Source of the DNA: Phoronis australis
Lineage: Eukaryota > Animalia > Phoronida
DNA: 64,000 bases
NCBI GenBank assembly: GCA_002633005.1
Contig: NMRA01000253.1
Coordinates: 383,251-447,250, forward strand
Direction: 5' to 3'
Part shown: positions 38,301 through 47,300 of the stretch, in pieces
How positions within the stretch are numbered: position 1 is the stretch's first letter
Layout: each line of letters begins with the position of its first letter
Notes under the pieces: model-generated
The model's database searches: none
What the model saw: the letters and a program-made list of their open reading frames with translations, nothing else
What the model was told of the DNA's origin: nothing
Position numbers and translations under genes: made by a program

Positions 38301-41300
38301 TAAACATTTGCTCAAAGCACTATTGTAGATCTATGCGCATAGCACCGAATGGGGGCAGGTCGTGAGGGGGTTTGCTTTCCTCCCGCCCCGGAAATTTTTC
38401 TGTTTTTTCCTCTAAAAATCAAGCATTTTCCTTGATTCCCGAAGTATTATCCAAGAAAAACAGGCAAAAAAAACGGAGAGTGTCAAATAGGAATAACTGA
38501 AAGCGTCACAGATTCGTGCACCACCACGATTTAACTCCTAATTTGACACTAAGAGACCAACTTGTTTATGGTCGTCAGCGTTTGCGCTCGAAACCTTCTT
38601 TTTGTAATGCTTATTAAATGTTTTATATTTTGTGCAATCAGTTCGTAACAAGTTTGTTGTAGTTAAAATAGTCTTCAATTGCCCAATAGACCAAATCCGT
38701 TTTTTGTTGGCAATAATAACGCGATTGCTTTGGAAATCGTCTTAAGTTAAGGTTCCAAAAAGAGAGAATTAGGAGTTTCTGAGTAATTCACTAAGGGTTC
38801 GATTAAAATTAACATCTTACCAGCAGATTCTGGTTTTTCATCATCAAAAAGATTCCATTTTATTGAAAAAATGAAGTAATTTTCTTCATTGCACAGTGGA
38901 GCAGACGACGGAAACGGAGTCGTAGTGCCTAGCGCCACTCCCGGTGGCCTGAGATATCGCGGGAGATAGTTCCGTTACGATTGCGCCGTGTTCCGAATTT
39001 GACACTTGAAATTGGATCTGAGCACCCCCCCCCACACACTAAAACTGCACACATTTAAATCTTGTTTNTGCACACATCTAAATCTTGTTTCAGCCGTATT
39101 TTAATTACCGGGGTTAATTGATAAACTCAACATTTCCCTACGCTCTTACTGTTTTATTTTTTGCGGCAGCCCCCTAAATCCGCATATGGGATTCGTACCA
39201 CGTGAAATAATCGTTCCGTTAAATGTGATAACAACAACGTTTTAGTCTGCTAATGACTTTCAGCTGCTGTAATTTCATTTAGTTCTTTGAAACATGATAC
39301 TGTTCTGTAAACGTTCTCAAATTTCAAAAGTTTGGGGCCCAAGTTCTGGCAAATTGATAGGTTAGCGTTACTCACGTAGTAGTTGCAGAACGCCCACCTC
39401 AAAACAGTTTGCGACACAGTCACTCTACATTTATCTTTGTGGGAATTATCTTACTATTTGTGCACTGACAAAATCTCCAAAATAGAAATTCGTGTTACTG
39501 TTATGCGAGGTTACTAAAAGTTAAAATGAATAAAAATAGAGGCAAGTTACTATATACAACAGTCTCGCATATTAATAGTGTGTCTTTAAATGCCAGCCTT
39601 AAGTTGATAAACACGGGGCTTAAATTCTTTAGTTTTGACTCGTCATTGTTGATCGTCTGCTGCCAACAGTTCAAAATTAAACTGGGACAATGTCTGATTA
39701 TACTAACGCAGGGCACCAGAGAGCAAGCAAGTGACGCGGCGGGTCGCTCTACTCAATCAGTGACTCATCATTGTCGTGATTCGTGAAATCGTAGCAACTG
39801 ACACGTGAGGTGAAGTACGTAATGAATGCACATTTTGGGACTGCTTAATCGTTTGTACGCTACTCACCTGTGCAACCGTAGAGCAACTGGATCATTTTGA
39901 TGTCTGTGGGACTTAGTGCTATGCGTTGTCCAATTCTGACACCGCCCTGTTTGGGGGTCAGTGTAGGACTTGAGCCGTCTTTGCTGAAGGAGAGTCTACT
40001 GTAGTGCATGATGCTACCGTAGTCATAAGGCTGATTGAGATGGTCCACTTGTGTACCAAGGGTGTACTTGTCAAAATTATTGGCTCGCCCTGAATTTAAT
40101 TTCGAAAACCAGATTAAATGCTGGTAACGTGACAATTTGACAACTGTAAGTCAAGTATTAAACTACGAGGAATCTTTGACGTAAAGCTGGATTTGTAGCA
40201 GTTCAAACTATAATGGAAAATAAAGCTACACTCTCTGTTTACGTGCTGCATCTTTGAACTGTGCTAATAATGCGTCGGCACTTGACTTCAAAATCCATTG
40301 CTTTAATAGATTTGGTTTCAAAATTAAGTCAATCTTGAGAGGCCGTTGTGACATGTAGACGTTCTAACAGAAATGTAATCCTATCGTGGACCTTTTAAGG
40401 GTTATAGAATGCTGCATATATATTCCCTCGCCTTGTTGACAGGGAATGTAGGTGCAAGTTGTCAGTTTCACCGGTTGGTATCGTTCTGCTTGGAACATCG
40501 GTAACCTGCAATCCATTGCTGATATTTCGAAAAATTACTGAAAAAGTCATTGGCACGGAATATTAAGATACAGATTTTTTATTGTAATTGCCCAGGTTTT
40601 GATTTTGATTTTGGACAGTTAAAGACGATATACACAACATTAACTTAAGTTAAAATTCAAGTTCAGTGATAGCACTTCATGTCCCTATTTCCATTTCCTA
40701 ATGACGAAAAGAGTCGTATGTAAGAATTAAGACCATATAAAATCCATTGCGTGAAGATGAATTCAATAAAACAAAATCCCCTGCAAAGCTTTGCGGCTGC
40801 TAAGCACCCCGTTTCAAAGTTTAGAAACATGTCAATCACAGCAAGACCCGATTTTCGAGAGTTAAATAATACACGCTTCAAAATGTTGCCAAGTACAACC
40901 AAAATTCGTGAAATGTATAATCTTCACTGATCATTCATATAATGTGCCATGAAACAGAAAGAATTACCAGGTAAAATGTTTTCGAAGTGAACAGTCACGA
41001 AATCGTCTCTATCAGCGCGTGATTGTTCGTGAAAGAATCCAAGGGCATGCAAAAGTTCGTGCATTGCTGTTCCTTTTCTCTCGCACCCACTTCCTAAAGA
41101 TAAATCTTGGTCATAGCCTATTCGTCCCACTGAAGAGTAACATCTGAAAAAAATTCATTTCACTAAAAACTATGCAGCATTGATGAGGGGCCGCAATGAC
41201 AACATTTTTCAGATTCGCACGTGTGTAATAGACAATGGTAACGACAAAGGGAAAGTCAAAACTTAAAATGAAAACTAATGTTCAATTTCTCAAACGTTCG

Positions 41301-44300
41301 CCTTTCCAATCCTACGTTTCACAACCTATTGTCAATTGTATCAACCAACATACAGTTTCCATTACAACCTACTACCACCTTAAAGATTTTTATTTAAAGC
41401 GGCATGAAACGCTTGCGTTCTGAAAAAAGAGTTGGTTTAGCGTGTGCAACGTACGGGTATGAAATTGGCCTTACCATTTTCACAGCGTGACCTAGAAATT
41501 TATGAAATTGCACCGAAGAAATAACCGTCTGATTGTCCCACCTGAGTCCAGAGATCACCTCAAAAGTGACAAGGAAAATTTTGATTCCAAATTCGATGAG
41601 TAGCCTAATTTGCCTTTGACAGAAAGCACCGATTTCCATGCCATTTTGGGACCTGTTTGTATACAGCCTTCGTGGATTCAGGACTTAACACACAGAATAG
41701 CTAATAAGTATTACATTCATGATATACAAGTAAGCTGAACTGACCCTACGTGTTCATTCTTATTAACACATTTACGGGCCTAAGTGTATGTGCTTCACTT
41801 GTTTTCCTGTAGTGTTAAGTGGTTTATTTGTCTTTCTACAACACTGATCGTGCTCATTTCCTAGAAATCAACTCCCTTTCCAGAGAAGGATCTACGGGGG
41901 GTTCAGGGGGTTTATCCCCCGGGACAGGATCAAAAATAAAAAATAAAAAACTTCATCAGGAGACCGAAATCAGCTACTAAAACCAAAAAAATCTTACACG
42001 GGAAGGCGGAAACCCCCTCACCTTTGTGGTTTGGTTCGCTATGAACTAGATTGAGGAGCTGTTTGCTTTTAGGGATATTTGCTAACAGAGATACGGACCA
42101 GACTGGAAAATATTGGTAACAAGCCTACCATGTTTTATTAGCTCGGTCGGTACGTAATGTGACATACATGTAGATTTTTTTTCTTCCGTTATTGCACGCC
42201 TCCATGTACATGTATGAAGGAGCTTCCAAATACACAATAGGTGGCAAACATTAGTATATTCAACGTGTTAAGTGGCACTAAACACTTAGGCTTCAGCCGC
42301 ATCCGCAGCCAAATTGCAGTGAAAAAAAATCTTCGTTAGGTAAGCTTTGGGGGCTGTTTGGCTCAGTGAATCCTGTTACTTTGTATTAGTGAACATCTTG
42401 GAATTGAGGAAACACCAGTCATTCGATTGCAGCTGCACTCTTCGCCAAGACTGCGGCCCCTGTTGCATTTGATACTGTTGGGTAGCGATTGAAAAATCGG
42501 CTGCGATTTCAGGTAGCGCTCAAACAAGCCAGAAATACAAAAATTTAATTCGCACTACATTTGGACAACGATTTTGTAATCTGTAGGATATTTTCTTTCA
42601 GGATATAATGTTGGCATATGCCGTGCATTAGTAGGGAGGTGGTGGCTTTAGGGTGAAATGGACCAAATCTGTGTTTTGCTCCGTCTTAGCCTACCTTGCT
42701 TTACAGTAAGAGTGAAAGCGTCAAAATTACAAGACACAATAAAGTTTCTGTGCTCATCTCTAGGGCTTGTGGTGTGAAACGACTCAAAACTTGTCATTCT
42801 TTGCTTACGGCTATGGACAGAGCGACGAAAAGGTGGCAAGTCCATTGATGTTTTTTGCTATGCAAAACACATTGGGAACAGTACTTTGCCTCCGTATTAC
42901 AACGCTGTACTGGCCTTCGTTATTTTAATTTCAAAATGTGGACTACGACACAACACCTCTCTATCATTCGTACATATTTAGGTGACGTTGTATTCTGGCA
43001 AAAGATTTTCCCAGTTGGACGAAATGTTCATCATAAATTACAGCCTTTACTCTGTATTTCTAGAAAGTATCCCCATTTTAATTGAAGGCATCGTCTTACC
43101 CTCTCAACGGTTGGATGTTTATATAGTCTTGCTGTGTAGTTCGTTGGATATATTGGATGCACTTGCTACTTCCAACTTTGGTAACGTCCATGATTTCTTG
43201 CATGGCAGCCATGATGGTGTTCTTCTTTGATTGGGCTAAAAACAAAGATGGATGGAACTAATACGATGAATGTTTTCAGTCATCTAGTGGGGTCAGTATA
43301 TATGGATGGAACTGCATAACTTTTACTGACGACCAACGAATGCGAAGACAAAGTTAGAAAATGAATGAGAACAATTAAACATCTGAGTACTTTGTAAACG
43401 TGTACAGGAATACAAAATTAAAAGTCACATTATTACAGTTGCTGCTGGCGTTTTTGTTGTTGTTGTTTTTATAGCTCTTGTTATTACTTTTACTATGGTA
43501 TACATAGTTATTTTTATACTTGGGCAGCCTGTAAAATTCTCTAACGTCTTTCCTAGGGAAAATACTGCATTTATTTTAGCCTTGATTCTTACTGATGCTA
43601 ATTCTATGCTTCTGAGTACGAGCAAGAAGCACTGATCTGCGCCATTGTAGAATAATAAAGATTTTTGTCAACAAAACCCTTCCATTCGAAATACTTAGAA
43701 CAGAAAATGCAAATGTCCAGTCCAGCTACTGATGCTTTTTCGATGCCAAACTCCAGACATGGGCCCCTTCAAAAACTGGCATTCGCGCTTGAATCTTCGA
43801 TTGGTGGATTAACTTGAATGGTATTTTTTAACAACTGCAAGATGCAAACTTTTACAGTCTGTGTGGCATCATAACGAAGATTTGACTAACAGGCCCGTTT
43901 CATTGCTTAATTATTCAGGTGACCATGATTTCGCGGGACCCTAACCAGTTCCTTACATGTATATAGCCTTGTGGATTGGCCGATCACAGTGGTAAAATAT
44001 CATGTGCTATCTCACTGCCTCAGCCAGAGAGGCGGTAAAGTTGTACAATATAAATGCGATTATGTGATTTTAATAATGTACGCGCATGCCAAAGTTATAC
44101 TATCGACAAATAAAATGTAAATACAGTGAACTTACCGAAGGAGTCGCTGATTGTGTAATACACTATTCCATTCGGCCACAATTGTCCTTTGTTGGCCAAA
44201 GCGTTTCGGTGCTGCAAGAAAAGTTAACGTGCTCTAATAGTTTACTTGAATTTTAGCCAAGATACTCCGTGATACGATTTCAACTCGTTCAAGGTGGCGT

Positions 44301-47300
44301 TTCCTTGTGATTTTTCATATAGCTTTGTGTGTTTCAATTACCGCCAAAATAGTCGTTTGTCAGGATTTTAATTTAGTTTTGTTTCCCAGCGTTTACGTAA
44401 TCGAAAGTTGGAGAAAGGACCGTACATGAATACGTAGATGTATGAAGTTAATTTCGATTTCATTATGTAATAGGTCTACGTGCCAGCATGGTAATAACGT
44501 CGACAACTCATATTCACAAATAAATTTAAAGGGTGGTTTCAAACAAAGGCATTTAAAAATACACCGTTTGTATATGAATTGCAACAATCAGAAATAATTT
44601 CATGAACGTCTTCTAATAAAAACATAGCTTTTCGCGTCATTCTAAAAATATCTTCAGGTAAGTTCAAATTCGTTCAATAGCACATGTTCCCGTTTTCAGT
44701 TAAAAGGACACTATCGGTTTTATGGCCACACATTTTGGACGATTGTTGGATGGGATACACTTCTTGAAGTTATAAGCTGTCATCAGATTTAGATGTATAA
44801 AACAACAAAAACCGTTGTGCTTTTACGATTTTATCACAAATGAATAATTCTAGCCAGTCACATTCGCTGAAATGTAGATGTTTGAATAGGTTTAAGATAC
44901 CGTGCTATTCACTGCACGGGATTTGGCTCAACGGCAGATTGCTCTGCTGCTTTTGCAGAACTTGAGTTTTCGATTTTGCACTGCTTATATTGTCGGTAGA
45001 ATTTCATCCTTAGGACCGAGAATGTCCAACAGATGCAGGCAAGGATGTCTTTGCCATTCATATGAATAAAAGGTGGCTACTCGTGAACTGCCACAGTGTT
45101 GAGCCGTGATAGTCACAGGTTGAATGTGAATTTTAATTGAAAAAAATGAAAATAACGAACGTGGCGAATGCTTTTCAGTGAACGTATAATCCTGGAAAAT
45201 CTCGTCTTTTTTAGGTATTTTTTGAAAAGCTTCTCAAAGGCACGTACGTGACCAAGGATGAGCATACATGTAGCATGCATCCGTTGGCAACATTTCGAAT
45301 GCATTATGACATAACTCTACGCAATATATAAGAAATGCACTTGTTCAACACCAGTATCATAACGTTGATAAATGGTTGTCAACTGTTGATTATTGATTAA
45401 GATAAGGTTTGGTGAGTTTCAGTCATGTCTTTGGCTGTAATATTTGGTTACGTCATTTACTTTTACTGAAAGTACCTACTGGGTGCCTGGTCGAATGAGC
45501 AACCAAAAATAGGAACATGATGTCAATTTTATGTGCATATACTCAAAAGTAAGCAAACTTGTCCTTCGTTATCTTTATTATTTACTTGCTGTATCTTCAA
45601 ACTGCACAGAACATAAGCGGACGCAAAGATTTTGGTCGACATGAAACCGGGTATTTCTCTGTTTAACATGTCTGGGTTGTGGTTCTTCTAATCAAATGTA
45701 TTGGGTGGACATGTCGACGACTCCAAAACAAAGTAATGAATTCGTTTTAAACCATTTCATGTTTGATGATTGTATCGTGGTTAACCAAAAGAGATTAGAA
45801 AATATCCAAACATCTGTCTTACGCGGTGACGTTAAAGGACAGTAGACGTCTAAATGAGATTGAGTAATATAAGGCGAGCGGTGTTTCGGCTTTTTTAAGA
45901 GATCAGTCAATGCATAATGGAAGAGTAATTAGTGACACTTTACTTGGGTAAACAATTACTGTTTACACTTACATCAGAGGTTGCCTACACAAGCAACGTT
46001 TGGAATGCACTTAAGGTGTAATGCAGAAAGTTTGTGTTTCGTACTCCGTTTCCAAAATTTGCGCTTGAACAATTGTTCGTTCAACAACTCGACAACCAAA
46101 ATGACTTTTAAACGCGGGATGGCTATACTTTTTAAGTTGAAAGCATGGCATCATTTCGGGTCTGTCAGTGACGTTGGCGACGACATCACCAACTTTTGTG
46201 AGCATGTTCTGCATGTAAATCTTGTCTGCCAATCAAATTGTTTTCAGACTATTGAACAGTAGTCCCAATTTTGAGCTTGATTTAACACTTAGCGATAAGG
46301 ACTGAAACGAGTTGCATTTGATCGGTTTTATAGCTGTATTTTGTCGTCGTTTAGCTGCCAATTCTTAACCGAAGCTCAAAGTGCTTTAACAACAAATCGC
46401 TCTGGCGATCTTGAAGTGCTGCCAAATGAGCCAACAAATCAAGTCACTGGCAATTAGCGCATGCGCGTCGTCGAATTCCCATTTTAGCGTTGCCAACCTC
46501 AATACGTCCTAGATTGTTTTCGCGAGTCGTTGATGGTTTCGATGTTCTTGTTGTTAACGGAAATAGACTCTTATCACACCAAGGGATATTATGGTACCAA
46601 TTTCATGAGAGTGAAAAGCTTATTTTGGGCGAAATGCAATTTTAGCTGGCGCTGCGAAAATGCGAGACATGATTTTTTTAAATCTAGCTCACACAGGTAC
46701 GCAGAATGCATTAAATTCTGATGAAAGACGCTATCTACGTGGTCTTCAAAAGACCTAAGGTGAATAATGCCTTCTGAATTTAACGCGGTAGTTACACTGG
46801 AATGCGTATTAATCCAAACACGAAACTTTTTAAGCAAATTAATGGGGTGACACCCTGCTATTAAAGTGTTAAACTGTAGCCGCAGCAAATTCGCAATGCC
46901 TAGAATTTAGGTATTTGGTCTGATTTGGATAGGCATTGCCATTGGGTTAAGTCACTCTGGTGATGGGAATGAGAAAATTACACTAGTTCGACTGCAGATA
47001 GGCCTACCCTGTTCCTCAAAAGGACGACCCCCGTGTAGCTTCGTAGTGTTTTTGCGTAACGACTGAGACATTTGCCGCGATTTCATGTAGTCCACAAGCA
47101 ACCCAGAATTGCAAAAAAAAAACAGTTGACTGGCTTCATATTTGGACCATATTTTAGAATTTGTAGAAAATCCATAGTCAGAATTTAGTGTTGGGCTATG
47201 TCTTACCTTGGTAGGGTAGTGGTGGTTTGGGAACTAATCAAAACTGTCAAATTTGCGTTTTGCCACATCTTTTCAAAGCCTGGCTTCCCTTTTCGGTGAG

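Noticed and set aside
38747-38938. ORF with TTTPFPSSAP as an extra linker exon
   Set aside because: It lies inside the 38255-39188 element and lacks a convincing acceptor.
39046-39090. 22-bp tandem duplication
   Set aside because: The copies are separated by an N, so a contig-join artefact is likely.
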